A stretch of DNA of 63,906 nt, counting the filler, from Xylographa opegraphella (Eukaryota), in assembly GCA_022813865.1 (NCBI GenBank). It is 4 parts of 4 records of this genome, joined end to end, with 100 filler letters (N's around TTAATTAATTAA, not from the genome) between each part and the next. Parts side by side here need not be neighbours in the genome. Positions count along the whole stretch, not along the records: positions 1 to 17,063 come from JALDZX010000146.1; 3 more parts are not named here. One strand, given 5' to 3'. Positions 1 to 13,639 of the stretch are shown one piece after another (the first letter of the stretch is position 1; the number at the start of each line of letters is the position of its first letter). Position numbers and translations under genes: made by a program. The notes beneath the pieces are model-generated. The model was not told where the DNA came from and ran no database searches. It saw nothing but the letters and a program-made list of their open reading frames with translations.

Positions 1-60
1 GCCTAATCGGCTATAGTAAAGGACCAACAACACAGACTGCTAACGCCCTGATTTTCAACA
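1..60 (+). mobile_element. Solo-LTR family C, 3' part (truncated by window start)
   Basis: Matches the 3' part of 30827-31016 and ends ...ttttcaaca. Confidence 0.75.
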
Positions 61-1733
61 AATAATAAATTAATAATTATTTATAGATTTTAATTTATTA
101 ATTTATTTTTCGTATTGCGAAAACCACCAGGTTTACGAGCTTTAAAATTGATGTATTAATTTTTATAAATAAAATAAAATTTACTGTTATGCCGCAATTA
201 ATTATATAATTTAAAATAATAATTTATATATAAATTTATATGATAAAATAATATAAACTAACTAAAATCGTTAAATATTAATTATATAAAATCGAAAACA
301 GATTTTTTATAATATTTTTACTTTCGCGGCGAAACGTTTTTCGTAGTAAAATTATTTAAAATTTAAAATAATGCTATAAAATAATTACGTAATTGATTTT
401 TTTATTTTAATAAATTACTATTAATATTTTATCATTAATTTATTTTTTAAAATTTTAAAAACTTATAAAACTCAAGCTTTAGTTGATGAAAAAATATACA
501 AATCTCGTTTGACATTAATTTTTATATTTATTAATTGAAATCTCGATTAAATAAAATTTTAAAAACGCCGTAATTCTTTAATTTACCATATATTAATAGG
601 AATTCAAAAGTTTATATTCATAGAATAATAATAAAAGTAAACGAAATTTTTAATAATTTTTAATCATTTTCATTTTCATTTTCATTTTCATTTTCATTTT
701 CATTTTCATTTTCATTTTCATTTTCATTTTCATTTTCATTTTCATTTTCATTTTCATTTTCATTTTCATTTTCATTTATTAATATTTAAATAATTAAAAC
801 TTCGATATTTATAATTTTTTTAAAATTTTTTAAGAGGCTGTAACGAAAATATTTATAAAATATGAAAAAGAGAATTTTTTTATATAATTATATTTCATTA
901 TTTGATATTTTTTTAAGTTTTATTAATTATATAATAAATTAATTTTTAAATTAATTTCGATTTAATTAAATTTCGCGAAACGCGAATTTTTAATTATATA
1001 TCGTCAATAATATATACCTGGTATAAATAAATATCTATCAAAATTTAATAATATAAATTTAATAATATATAACGATCGTATATATATAACAAGTAAACGA
1101 CTTTTTGTAATGAAATTTTAATTAAGTTTATGAAATAATATTAATTTTATTTATACTTATAATTTAAACAAATAATTATTTCAAGGTTTTTCGGAAGTAT
1201 TTGAAATATCGTTATTAATTTTATAAACGTCCGCCGGGTTTAAATTTAAATTTTCGTAAATGTAATTTTCATTTTTTAATCTTTTATTTAGAAAAGTCGT
1301 TTCGCAGTATATTTATTTTATCGTTGATTATAAAATCGAGTGTAATTATTTTTTTATATTAATTTGAAAAATAATAATAAGTTAAATATATATTAAAAAT
1401 AATATTGTACGAAACAAACGTAAGCGATAAAATAAAATAAAATAAAAATACGCTTGCTTGGCCGAGCGATTATTACGAAAAACTTTAATATATAAAATAT
1501 TAAATTTTGAACTGAGAATGTAATACGTATTTAGTTTATTAAATTAAAATTAAAAAGGGAAATTCCGAATCGTAAGTTTTAATCGTATATACATTAAAAT
1601 TTTTAAATTTAAAATCACGTTCAAAATACAGGCAGTCAGAAATCACGCTTAAAATATAAATAAATAAATCAACGGGGCGGCAAATAAATATATAAGTAAA
1701 TCGAACGCTACTTTGAACTCTGTATAGTTTACA
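61..1733 (-). mobile_element. RIP-degraded Ty3/gypsy family G copy (LTR about 1491-1733 plus 5' internal region)
   Basis: Reverse complement aligns by eye with 33544-35370 and with the LTRs at 14065-14551 and 38909-39138 (e.g. atcgctcggccaagcaagcg vs atcgctcggttaaataagcg). Confidence 0.75.
664..777. repeat. (TTTTCA)n microsatellite, about 19 units
   Basis: Directly visible. Confidence 0.95.
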
Positions 1734-3410
1734 GTTGCGTATTTAATTTTGAATATGAAAAATGTGAAATCAAATTTATGAAACGTAAAAAAATATTCAA
1801 AGCCATATTTTAATATATTTTATATTAATTATAACGAGAATACTCGAAAAGAATAAAGAAAATTTGCAGACTTTTTATTTAAATTCTAAATTCATTTAAA
1901 ATAATTAGTTTCGTCTCGAAAATCGCCGTTCGAGAGTATTTTTGAAAACTCGAGTACATAATTTTTTATTTTAAGTTTCACTGTGTACGTTACACCCTAA
2001 ATTATTACAAAACAAAATAGTAAAATCACTGTATTATTATTGAAATAACTCGAGTTTATATCGAAATATTTGGGAATTTTTATAAAAAATGTTAAATATT
2101 ATCGCGTTAAATCACGTTAAGCCTTGCTTTAAATATTATTTAACTGTTTTAATTAGCAAATTAAATTAATATAATTGAATATAATATTATTAAATTAATA
2201 TAATTGAATATAATATTATTATTTTAATATTTTTACTCGATATTTATTCAATCGCTGATTTTTATTATTTTTATTATTTATTAATTTCTACTATTCTTTA
2301 ATTTTCATTCAACGATAAATTTTTTAAATTAAATTTCGAAAATGGTTTAATAAACTCATTTATTATTATATTTTAAATAAAGTAAATTTAACGTAAATTT
2401 AATTCTTTCGATAAAAATATCGAATTAAATAATAAATTATGTTAATATATTTAAATCTTTTATAAATATAAACATTTTTAATAAACGTTAAAAGGGTTTA
2501 ATTATCGCTTTTTGACTAAATTGATAAATCTTTTGATAGCGAATTTTTTTTACAATATTAACGCAACTAAAGTCGTTTTTTAAATCTTTATTAAAATTAA
2601 TATTTTTAAATCATTATTTAATTTAAGGGTCTTTTTGGCATAGTTGGAAAAAAATTTCTATATTATTTTAATCGTTAATGTCGATATTGGTATCTATTTT
2701 TAGTTTATTTGAAATATTAATTTTTTTAAAAATATATAAACATATTATAAAATTAATTTTTAATTAATTTTATTTATTGCGTAATTAAAATTAAATTATT
2801 AAATTTAAACTTTTATTAACTTTATGAATTATTTTTATGATAATTATTAAATTAATATAGCGAAATAAGAACTTTAACGCGTAATAATAATATTCAATAA
2901 AATTAACGAAATATTGATTAATTATTTAAAAAATAAATGTAATATTCGATTATATATAAATTATTGCGTTTATGAAATTTTCGATCGCGTATTAATATTT
3001 ATATTGAATAATTTTTCAATTTTTAATTTTTAATACGCGTAGCGAGTCGTAATGGTTTATCAAAAATTTCATTAATTAATATTTATCGACTTTTATATAT
3101 ATATATTTTTTTAATATTTTTTTAAAATAATAAATTTAATTCAGGCGTATAATACGATTCTTTTAATTACGCGTAATTCAAATATTTTAAAAGATTTTTA
3201 ATTTTGAATCTTAAAGGATTTCGCATATTCGATCTTAAATTATTTAATTTTATACAAATAAAAAACAACGGTATTAATATTATTTAGATGAAAAACAATA
3301 TAATTCGACTTTTTTTCATGAATCAATAAATAAATATTGATAATATATATTTTTTATTTTAATTTTTATAAAATTAGAAACGTAGCGCTCGTATCAATCT
3401 TTTTCAAATT

Positions 3411-3620
3411 TTAAAAAATTATAAAAAATTATAAAAAATTATAAAAAATTATAAAAAATTGTAAAAAATTGTAAAAAATTGTAAAAAATTGTAAAAAATT
3501 GTAAAAAATTGTAAAAAATTGTAAAAAATTGTAAAAAATTGTAAAAAATTGTAAAAAATTGTAAAAAATTGTAAAAAATTGTAAAAAGTTGTAAAAAATT
3601 GTAAAAAATTATAAAAAATA
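3411..3620. repeat. 10-bp minisatellite (RTAAAAAATT)n, about 20 units
   Basis: Directly visible; the first units have A, later units G at position 1. Confidence 0.95.
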
Positions 3621-4629
3621 ATAAAGAATAATAAAAAATTTCAAAATATCGTTTCGATACGACTTTTAACTTTATTTAATGAAATTATATAAATTTCTTT
3701 TCAAAAATAATTTAATAAAAACGTTATTAACGTTAATTTAATAATAACTTATATTTTTAAGGGCCACAAAAATAAAAAATAAAAAATAACATATTTTACT
3801 TTCGAGTCGAAAATATTTTAATAATCAACGCTATATTTCTACGAAAAAATTTTTATAATAAAAAGTACTTTTAATTTATTAGAAAAATCGTTAATATAAA
3901 ATTTTAATTAAAAAATATATTTATTAATAATAATGGTAGCTTTCTTTAATAATATAATACTCTTAAATACGATTCAATATCAAGCCTCGTAATGAATTTA
4001 GCATTAATAATTTTTTAATAATATTTTTAAAATTATTTTCCTATTATATATATATATATATATTAAAAATGGGAATACTGATAAACTTTATTTTAATACT
4101 ATTTTTATTAATCAAAAACGCGATAATTATAACTCGTAAACGCTTTAATATTTCTTTTGTGCGAAAATTTATTAAAATTTGTTTTTACTTCGAAACGATA
4201 ATATATTAAAAAAGGTTTCGTAATCTTTAAATAATCGACGATTATTTTAATCGGGATTAATTGTAATACGATCGATTAAAATACGATTGATTGAAATAGG
4301 ATTAATAAAGTTTTTAATATTTTATTTTTAAAAATAATAACGTAAAAAACCTTAATCATTATTAATTTAAAGCGAAAGACTAAATTTTTAAAGTTTTACT
4401 TTTAAAAATAACGATATAACTTTCTTTAATCGCTATCGATTCAAAGATAAATAATATAGTAAAAACTATCGAGTTAAATTCGTAATATTAATTATTTATA
4501 AATATGATAAATACGTTTTTTATTATTTAATAAACTTTTAAGTGTTATGTTTAAAGGTTTAAATTCGTATAAAAAATATAATTATTTTTAACGAGCGTTA
4601 AAGTAATTTTTTTCAATAAACGTTAAAAT

Positions 4630-4812
4630 TGTGACGATTATGACATCAGTCACAAGTAATAGGGGTCGGGCTGGATCAGGACTAGCACCTTGAGTNTATA
4701 GTCTTGCCCATGGAGCAGCCTCATCGCTTCTCCATCTTAATCTGGGTTGAAATCGTCCACCTAAAGTTTACGTTCTAGGCGTGCTTGTGTGGTGAGTTGA
4801 TGGGCCGTAACA
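4630..4812 (-). mobile_element. Solo-LTR family A (183 bp)
   Basis: TGT...ACA ends, imperfect terminal inverted repeat, AAAAT target-site duplication at 4625-4629 and 4813-4817; near-identical to other A copies. Confidence 0.9.
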
Positions 4813-6308
4813 AAAATAAATTCGTTGATAAATTTAATAATATATTTAACAGTTTTTTTACGTAATTTTTAATCGAATTTTTAATAAATAAAATATTTAT
4901 CGTTTACGTACGTATTTTAAAAATTAATAACCCCCCCGATTTCATTTTTATAAAATTTAATAGCATAATTTTTAAAAACTCGATTTAAATTTAATATTTA
5001 TAATAAACTTTATTTAATAATTTTATTTATGTAATTTCTAAAAACGTCGATTTGTTTTCGATTTATGAATTTATCGCGTTTTTTATTTTAAGAAATTAAT
5101 TAAACGTCGATATAAAAATGTAGTATTAATAATTTTATGTTCGTAAATAATCATTAAATAGTTTTACTTTTGTTTAAGTATTTTCGAGCGATATCGATTT
5201 ATTATAAATTTAATAATCGTATAATTTTTAAAATAAACATTTATTTAAATTACATTTATTTAAAATTTAATAAATAAACTGACGATTTTAATTATCGCTC
5301 GAATTAAATTCTCGATAGTTTAAATTAATCATCTAACAATATTATTTGAAAACAATATATAAAGAATGATATACTGCAATATAATATCGAACGTAACGTA
5401 TTAATCATTAAAAGTTAATTTTAGCTTTATAACGTCATTATTATATATTATTTTAATTTTAAAATTTATTTATAATTTTATAATAATTTCTTACTTTTTT
5501 AACTTAAATATCGTGTCGAATATTTATGTTAAAAAAATACTTTAATTTTTTTAAATAGTTGTTTACGATTAAAAAATATACAGTTATTATAAAATATCGA
5601 CAGGGCTTCGTAAATATGAATCAATATTACTATAAATACGTTAAACTCTCGTTTGTTTATGATATAATTTCGTTAATTTTTAAATTTAATAAAATATAAA
5701 TCTCGTAAATATTATAATAATTTACAGCGACGGCAATAAATTTATTCAAAATAATTATTTTATACAAATTACGAAATTTAATATATGTTAAATAAATAAA
5801 ATAATAATATTAAAAAAATATTTATTACGTGCATTTAGAATCGTAGAACCTTCGAGTAATATTATTTTAATTCATTTATTTTAAAAACGATCTTAATAAT
5901 TATTTTCATAATAACATTGATTAAAGAACGCTATGTTATAATTAAAATATATAAAAATAAGTAAAGTAAATTTATTAAGACTTTTTTCGAATTTCATAAT
6001 TATATAAACTTTTTCGATTTAAATCGTTATAATTAATTTTTTATCAATTTTATTACGTATATAAAAGTTTACTTCATTAAAACCCTTTTTCAATTCTTCT
6101 TTTTATATTTTTTGTCAAATAAAAAATTAATTTTATAATTACAAATATAAAAATATGTAAAATAATAATATTAAATTCCTGTGAGGTGAGCGCCTGACTA
6201 CAAAATTTATAATTTGTAGTGGTATAAAAGGGCTGAACTTTAACTATGAAAAGAAGGTTTAATTGTTTAATGGCTCGCTAAAATATATAAATAAAGCAAA
6301 AAAAATAC

Positions 6309-6797
6309 TGTGGTGGATTCAAGGCGCGTTTTTGGGCGTTTTTTTATTTCGAGCTTCCTTTCTTATGCATTTGTGTTACGGCTCGCTATCTCACCAGAAA
6401 CGCAGGCCTAGAACCACAGCTATAAGTGAGCGATTTCAACCTAGAATAATATAAGGAAGCAAGTTTAGTAATACACGTAGAAGTTAAAATAANNNNNNNN
6501 NNNNNNNNNNNNNNNNNNNNNNNNNNNNNTAGCCTGAGTCCCGGACGCGCTTTAGTCCCGTTCCGTCTATCACTTATTAAGGTGCCATGTAACACACCGT
6601 TACAATTTGCATATAGCAATAGATCAGCAGAGTCACAACGGCAATTAATTCATTTTTCCCTTTTTTCACTCTCTGTCGAACGGATAGTGATTTTATTCAG
6701 AAAAACTTGACTCAGCTGCGATCCCGATTCAAATTTTTTATTTACCCCTTTGCTTATTTAACTAGGCTGCTGCGAATTTCCTACGAATTCCTTTACA
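6309..6797 (+). mobile_element. Solo-LTR family F (RIP-mutated), split by the B insert
   Basis: tgtggtggattc...cctttaca; matches the reverse complement of 16718-16973 once B is removed; 4-bp flanks ATAC/ATAT. Confidence 0.8.
6374..6604 (+). mobile_element. Solo-LTR family B (231 bp, internal N run)
   Basis: tgttacggctc...gttaca; ATTTG target-site duplication at 6369-6373 and 6605-6609. Confidence 0.9.
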
Positions 6798-9700
6798 ATA
6801 TAAATTAAATTAAAGTTTAAAACCCAGGATTCGGAATAAATCCCCTTAATTTAAAAGAATTCAGCGTTTACGTTAAATAAGATTTTATATACGATATAAA
6901 TACGTTTAAATTATTTTTTTAATCAACCTTTTTTCGCTAATTATAATAAATTAATATTATTTCTTTCTATCAATTTTAGTAGTTTTCGATCGGGCGTATC
7001 AAATATATACTTTTTCGTAGTTTTATTATAATCGTTAATAAACTTTTTTCGTCTCGCTAAATTTTTTGAATTATTTATTATATTTTACCCCGTATTTTTT
7101 CTATTTAATTAAATATTCTACGATAAATGTTTTACGAACTATTTTTTCCTGTTTATTTAGTAATCGGTTTAATTTAAAAGAAATTATTTTTATAATCATT
7201 AATATATACCGCCGCAGATGAATTAAAAATAAATTAACAATAAAAATTAAATTTTAAATTGAATGCAGGGTTAAACTATATAATTATAAAAATTAAATAA
7301 ATTTATAAATTTATAAATAATTTAAATTAATATACTAATCGTTTTTAAACTTTCAAGGATTTTAAATGATTTTGCGTATTAAAAAAATACAATTAATGAC
7401 GATAAAAATATTAAATCTTTTATATAAATTAATTATTACGTATTCGCCGGGCGATAAAAAAATTACGGTATATTTTCCATCGTAGTATTTTTTACCGATA
7501 TATTTATAAAAGTTATTATTTTCTTTACTTTTATTTTATTCCGTTAAAAACTATACGCCGTTTTTTTATTGCCGAACTTTATTAAAAAAGTTATTAAATT
7601 TAACATATTAAACTTTTCGTTTAAATGTATCCCTTGCGTAATTTCGTTAACGAATTTCATAATAATCGAATTTACCAAGTTATTAAACGTTATTCATAAA
7701 ATTGATAAAAAAATTAAATAATTCCAGGGTATTTTTAATTCTACGAGCATATATTATAATTGTTTTAGTTATTTAACTGGTTTTTGTAATTAACCGTCAA
7801 TTTAGGGATAATATACGATAAAATATAATAATTTTATATTTAAAACTCGAAAGAATTCTTTTAAAATTTCGATAAAAACTTTCTATTTTTATTTAAAAGT
7901 ATTATTTTTAAAATAAATTATTCGGCGATTTAAAAATATACTAAAAACTTTTTAGTTTATTTTTTATTATATAAATATTTTTTCCTAATATTATATCAAT
8001 TCTTTTATTAAATTTATAAATTATAGTAAGGCAGCAGTCGTAATTTTATTATAATTTTAATAAAGCGAAAATAAAGCTTATCGTTACGCAATAACAAAAA
8101 ATATCGAATATTAAAATTAGTTAAAATTTTCCTTACAATTTATACTGCTCAGTTTAATTTTTAAAACATAATTAACAATATTTAATGTATATTTTAAAAT
8201 AATATTCGAGTTAATAAATATATATAAAAAATCGTAGTTCTCTTATATATATATTAATATTTAAAATAATTATATAAATTATAAATTATATATTATATAT
8301 AGTACGTTTTTATATTAAATATATAATATATACAGTTTTTTCTACTATGATTAAAATTTATTAAATAAAAATATGCGGTATTTTTTTCGTACGGGAATAA
8401 AACCGCGCATATATTTAAATCGTTATTTTTACGAATTTTTTTTAGAATTTTACGCCAACGAGTATCGCTTTCGTATTTAATAATAATAATAATATTTTTA
8501 AAATTAAAATTAAATAATATTTTTATTATAATAATATAATAGTTGTATAAATAATTGAATTTATTATAAAAATCATTAAAATCGCTGCGCGTATCGTCAC
8601 TATTTAATTTTTAAAATAGTATTTAATACGATATAAAATAAATTGGGTTTATATTTGACGATGAATTTTAATTTTTAAAAATATTTCGAAATTTTAACGA
8701 ACTGTAAATTAAATTTCTCGATACTTATAATTAATAAACTAATTTAAGTCGCGATAATAATAATCGTAGAATAATCGATATATACTATCGCGGTTAATTT
8801 TTCTACGGCTTTTAATATATATCAAATGTTTTGAATAATTTAAATCAAATATACTATTTTTATATTAATAAATTAGTATCTTTTTTCTGCATTGATTAAA
8901 AATTTACTTAAAAATATGATAAATTAAATATTATAATATTTCGATGTAAAAAACGGATCCATGATTTTAACGTCGATTATTTTGAAAATATTAATATAGA
9001 ATAAAATAATAAACGTATTTCAATATTCGTCAATATTTTTCATATAATAAATATAAATTTTTATTCTACGTTTCTACAGCGTATTATTATCGTAAGAAAG
9101 TCATCAAAATAAATCGAGATACATTAATATAAATGAATTATTAAGAAATTTTCTAAATTTTTTAATAAAAAATAATTGCGCTAAAATCGAATTATTTACG
9201 AATAAATTAACTACTATTTTTTTATATTATATATTAATTATATTATATTTTAAAGATTTTGATTAAGTATTTTTTACGTTTTTTTAATAACGACGCTAGA
9301 TAAATATATTTCGCGACGTAATTACGAAAATTTTTAATTATTTTTAAATATATTTTGAATTTACGTAATATCGTAGGAAATTTTAAAAAAATAACAATTT
9401 TAAATTTGTTTTTTGCAATTACAAAATTAAAGGCATTAATCTTTTAGCCCAATAAATTTACGCTTAAATAATTTAAAATATTTTTATTTAATATTAAATA
9501 TATATTATACCCAAAGAAATACGAGAAAGTTACGTATAAATAAAAAATTTTCTTCATATATTTGAACAAATTACTACGTCCTCGATATATATTTTATAGT
9601 ATATTTTATATATTTTTAATAATACCGTCGATTTTCCTTTATATATAAACGGGGTTATTATAATAATTTATTGATATAATATTAAATATTTTTTGCCCTC

Positions 9701-9804
9701 GATAAAATACGACTGCAGGGTGACTTCGATAAAAATCATAAACTCGCCATTGATAAAAGAATAAACTGCAATTTATCGTTGATATATACAGTATTATTAT
9801 TATT

Positions 9805-9979
9805 TATGATATGAACGCTTGACTACAGAATTTGTAATTTGTAATAATGTAAAAAAACTGAATTGTAATTACTTTATGAAAAGAAGGTTCAGTTATATAA
9901 TGGCTCGCTAAAATGTGTAAACAGAGCAAAAAAAAGAAGTACAAATCAGGTTAAAGTTCAGAATTCAGAACTCGTGACA
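9805..9979 (+). mobile_element. Solo-LTR family E (RIP-mutated)
   Basis: Shares atgaaaagaaggtt...aatggctcgctaaaat with 6180-6308; ends cgtgaca; no clear TSD. Confidence 0.6.
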
Positions 9980-11312
9980 ACTTCTCTTTTTATTTTTTAT
10001 TATAATTATATCGCAATAATTGATATATAAATTCCCCCTTTCGATTGTTATAAATCGCCTTTTTATTCGAATATGGGGTTTATTAAAAAATCGAAATTAT
10101 TTAATTATATAAAAAATATATTAAAATATATTAAAATATATTATTTAAACGAATTTAAAAAAATTATTAACGATATTTGTTAATACAGCGATTATTTTTT
10201 TAGGCTCATTTTAAAATATAAAGCCGAAAATTAAAATTAAAATATTATTAAAATTATCGACTTTATACGAGCGATAACATTTTTAATCATCGTTAAAACG
10301 ATTTTTTATTTAACTTTTTTATATAAAAACGATTTAAAATAATTTCGTTTAATTTAATCAGCTTGATTTATTTTATTATTAAATTAAATTTTTTTAATAA
10401 ATTTTTTTAATAAATTTTCGAATTCTAAATAGAATATCGTATTCATTAAATTAATAGCGATCGTTATAAAAAATATTTAAATATTTTGCGACGCAAGATT
10501 TAATCGCTATTTAAATCGAAAAATTATTTATTACGAAAAAAAGATTAAATTTATTCTTTTTGCGATCCCTGTTTCAATTTGATTTAATTTATAATATCGC
10601 TTTTATTTTAATTAAAATTTTTAATTATACCTTTTTCAAAAAAATTTAAGTTTTTAATCACGTTAAATTCATCGTAAATATTTAATTCTTTTTTTAGCAA
10701 AAATTAAAAAAAACGAAAATTTATTTTGTAATAAAAACGAAGGCTAATTTATATTTTTTATAATAATTCTATTCTTTCATTATTAAAAATTAATTCAAAG
10801 TTTTTCAATCGTCGTTATATTATTTATTTTATATAATGCTAATTTTGAAAAATATAAACGATTCGAAGTCGATAATATATTATTATATGTTAAGAATAAT
10901 AAATTTTATTTGATTTCTGCTATTTTTAGCATTATAAATTTAAAATATTAATTCAAAGATTTCGATTTAAACGCAAAACACTTTAATAATTCTTTTTATA
11001 AAAATAAATTTAACGAGTTATAAATTTAATTTTATCGTATTTTATTTTGAATCTTTATATAATTTTATAGCTTTATTAACTGCGTCGTATATTAAATATC
11101 GTAAAAAAACGTTACGATTTAATTTTTTTTAATAATTTTAAATAATAAAACGTACGAAACGATCGTGTCGTATATTTATTTAAATAAAAAATATATAATT
11201 ATTTTCAAGTTAATTTCGTAGCTATTTAAGAATAAAAAATAAAAGAACGAAAATACTTTTCTTACAGTATCGAAAAATAAAATAATTAATTATTCATTAA
11301 AAACGTTTTTTT

Positions 11313-11543
11313 TGTAACGGCGTGTTACATGGCACCTTAACAAGTGATAGACGGAACGGGACTCAAGCGCGTCCGGGACTCAGGCTAGTTCGAAAGCGGT
11401 TAGGAGTCTTGGCGTTAGCACTGTTTATTTTAACTTCTACGTGTATTACTAAACTTGCTTCCTTATATTATTCTANGTTGAAATCGCTCACCTATAGCTG
11501 AGGTTCTAGGCCTGCTTTTCTGGTGAGATAGCGAGCCGTACCA
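11313..11543 (-). mobile_element. Solo-LTR family B (231 bp)
   Basis: Near-identical to 28042-28272; TTTTT on both flanks. Confidence 0.9.
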
Positions 11544-11548
11544 TTTTT

Positions 11549-12070
11549 ATTACTCGATAATAAAATATTATTCGATAATAATTTTGTTTGGCAATAAATC
11601 TCGATATTTATATATCATAAAAGTGTTAAAATAAAAGTTTAAAAGCTTGAATTTTTAAAAAATATTCTCAAAAAAGATTTTCAAAACGACTATAATTACT
11701 CGAGAATAAAAGATTTTTAAAAAAAAATAAGCGAAGGCTCTGCGAGTTTTGTTACGGCTCATCAACTCACCACACAAGCACGCCTAGAACGTAAGCTTTA
11801 GGTGGACGATTTCAACCCAGATTAAGATGGAGAAGCGATGAGGCTGCTCCATGGGCAAGACTATATACTAAAGGTGCTAGTCCTGATCCAGCCCGACCCC
11901 TATTACCTGTGACTGATGTCATAGCCGTCACAAGTTTTTTATTTCTTTTTTTTATTTTCTTTCGAATCTTTTGATTGTAATTAACACAGGAAATATTCAG
12001 GGCTTCGCCCTGAATATTTCTTTATTTTCATTAAAGCTGATTTTATTACCTTTAAATTCAATAATTACGT
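11549..12070. repeat. Repeat family H, left copy (unclassified RIP-degraded TE; may extend further)
   Basis: Matches the reverse complement of 13640-14064 and matches 48148-48400 directly. Confidence 0.7.
11750..11932 (+). mobile_element. Solo-LTR family A (183 bp)
   Basis: tgttacggct...agccgtcaca; AGTTT target-site duplication at 11745-11749 and 11933-11937. Confidence 0.92.
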
Positions 12071-12888
12071 TTCATCAATATTTTTTTATTATAATTATAT
12101 TTTCTACTCGCGCCTCGCGCATTTTTTCGCCAGTTTTTAATTTTTTTTATTTAAATAAATAGTAATTCCCAGTATTATTTGAAAATATACTGCCACGCTG
12201 AGGATTTCGCGTATTATAAATTTACTTTATAAATTTATTATCACGTAATTTTTCAATCGCTTTGATCAAAAACGATTAAAATAACATGATAAAATTCGAG
12301 GAAATATTGAGCCGCGGAAGTATTTCGCATTTTTTTCAATATAATTATTCTTCTTTAACATTTTTAAATAAATAAATAATATATATTTATTTTCAACAAG
12401 TTTAAATTAAATTAATTTTTGATTCCGAAACGATTAATATAATCGTAATTTTAATTATATGAAATTAATGCGCTTTTTACTTTTTTATTTAATATTATTA
12501 TATTTCGTTTTTATTATAAAATATTACTGCAAAACATATATTAATTCATTACAAATCTCGATTATAAATTAATTTCTTTGTAATATTTTTTCGTAATAAC
12601 TTCAATTAAAAAATTTCAATTTTAAATATTTCGTTATATAATATAAAAATTATTACAATAAATATTATTAAAATTAAAATTAATTGCTAAAGGAATAAGA
12701 AAAAGGGGGGGTTTCCAACATAAAAATTATAACCCGGGCGCATATTCTAACGTGATAACATCTTGCAGTGGTAAACTCGAAAGGCCTTGACCTCAATCAT
12801 GACTCGAATTGATCTGTGTACAGCACTACATCGTGACCGATTGTGTATTGCACCAGGAATTTTAATTTATTTAACACAACAGAGAAAA

Positions 12889-13467
12889 ATGCAAACAATC
12901 TCAAATGGCACCCGTATATTTGTCGCATCCATCGGCAATCCTCCACCAAATGCTTTAACATTCCACTCCGCTGGGCACATTCTCTCGTGCGCCCTCGTGT
13001 CTCTCCTCGCCTACCCTCCTTTTCTCCGCTCTACCTCTCCTACTGGCCTCATGACCACGGGTACCGAATACACACTCTACCAATCTCCCGCCCTTATGAA
13101 TGTCAGCGGCAAGCCCGTTGTTGCGGCCTACAGGACCTTCGTAAAAGACTTGTCCCCAGAAGAACGTCCTCGTGCAAAATTATTGGTCCTGCACGATGAC
13201 TTGGAGTCGCCATTAGGAAACATCAAGCTGAAGGTTGGCGGCAGCGCCAAGGGGCATAATGGCATCAAGGATATCATAAAGGCTTTGGGTGGGGCGAATT
13301 TTATGAGGATCGGGGTGGGGATTGGCCGGCCTAAGAGTCGGGAAAGTAGGGATGTGGCGAATTTTGTGCTGCGAAAAATGACGATTGAGGAAATAACACG
13401 GGTGCAAAATGGAGCTGAGAAAGTTTTGATTATTCTGAAAAATATTCGCGGTGAATCATTACGATAA
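12889..13467 (+). CDS. PTH1: Peptidyl-tRNA hydrolase (bacterial-type Pth, probably mitochondrial); single exon, ATG at 12889 preferred
   Basis: Motifs IGNP, HSAGH, MNVSG, HDDLE, GHNG, RIGVGIGRP, FVL. Confidence 0.9.
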   Translation: MQTISNGTRIFVASIGNPPPNALTFHSAGHILSCALVSLLAYPPFLRSTSPTGLMTTGTEYTLYQSPALMNVSGKPVVAAYRTFVKDLSPEERPRAKLLVLHDDLESPLGNIKLKVGGSAKGHNGIKDIIKALGGANFMRIGVGIGRPKSRESRDVANFVLRKMTIEEITRVQNGAEKVLIILKNIRGESLR

Positions 13468-13639
13468 TGAATTACATTAATGGAAATCATTATTATATTA
13501 ATTGTTTAAATTATTATTGCAGGCGTAAATCTGTTTTTATTGCAGGCAGAGGTTTATTTGTGTAAAATTTCATTTGATTATTGAATCACGTGGTCAAGTT
13601 AACGATTTGCATATATTATAATTTTATAATAAATTAAAA

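Larger units (their letters stand above)
6180..6838 (+). mobile_element. Solo-LTR family E, split by the F and B inserts
   Basis: 6180-6308 plus 6802-6838 reconstitute the element seen at 9805-9979 and 39148-39319; flanks ATTCC/AATCC. Confidence 0.65.
1..12700. repeat. AT-rich block of RIP-degraded transposon relics
   Basis: Very low GC, no credible long ORFs, residual G/C mostly in CpG, nested LTR-like inserts. Confidence 0.9.
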
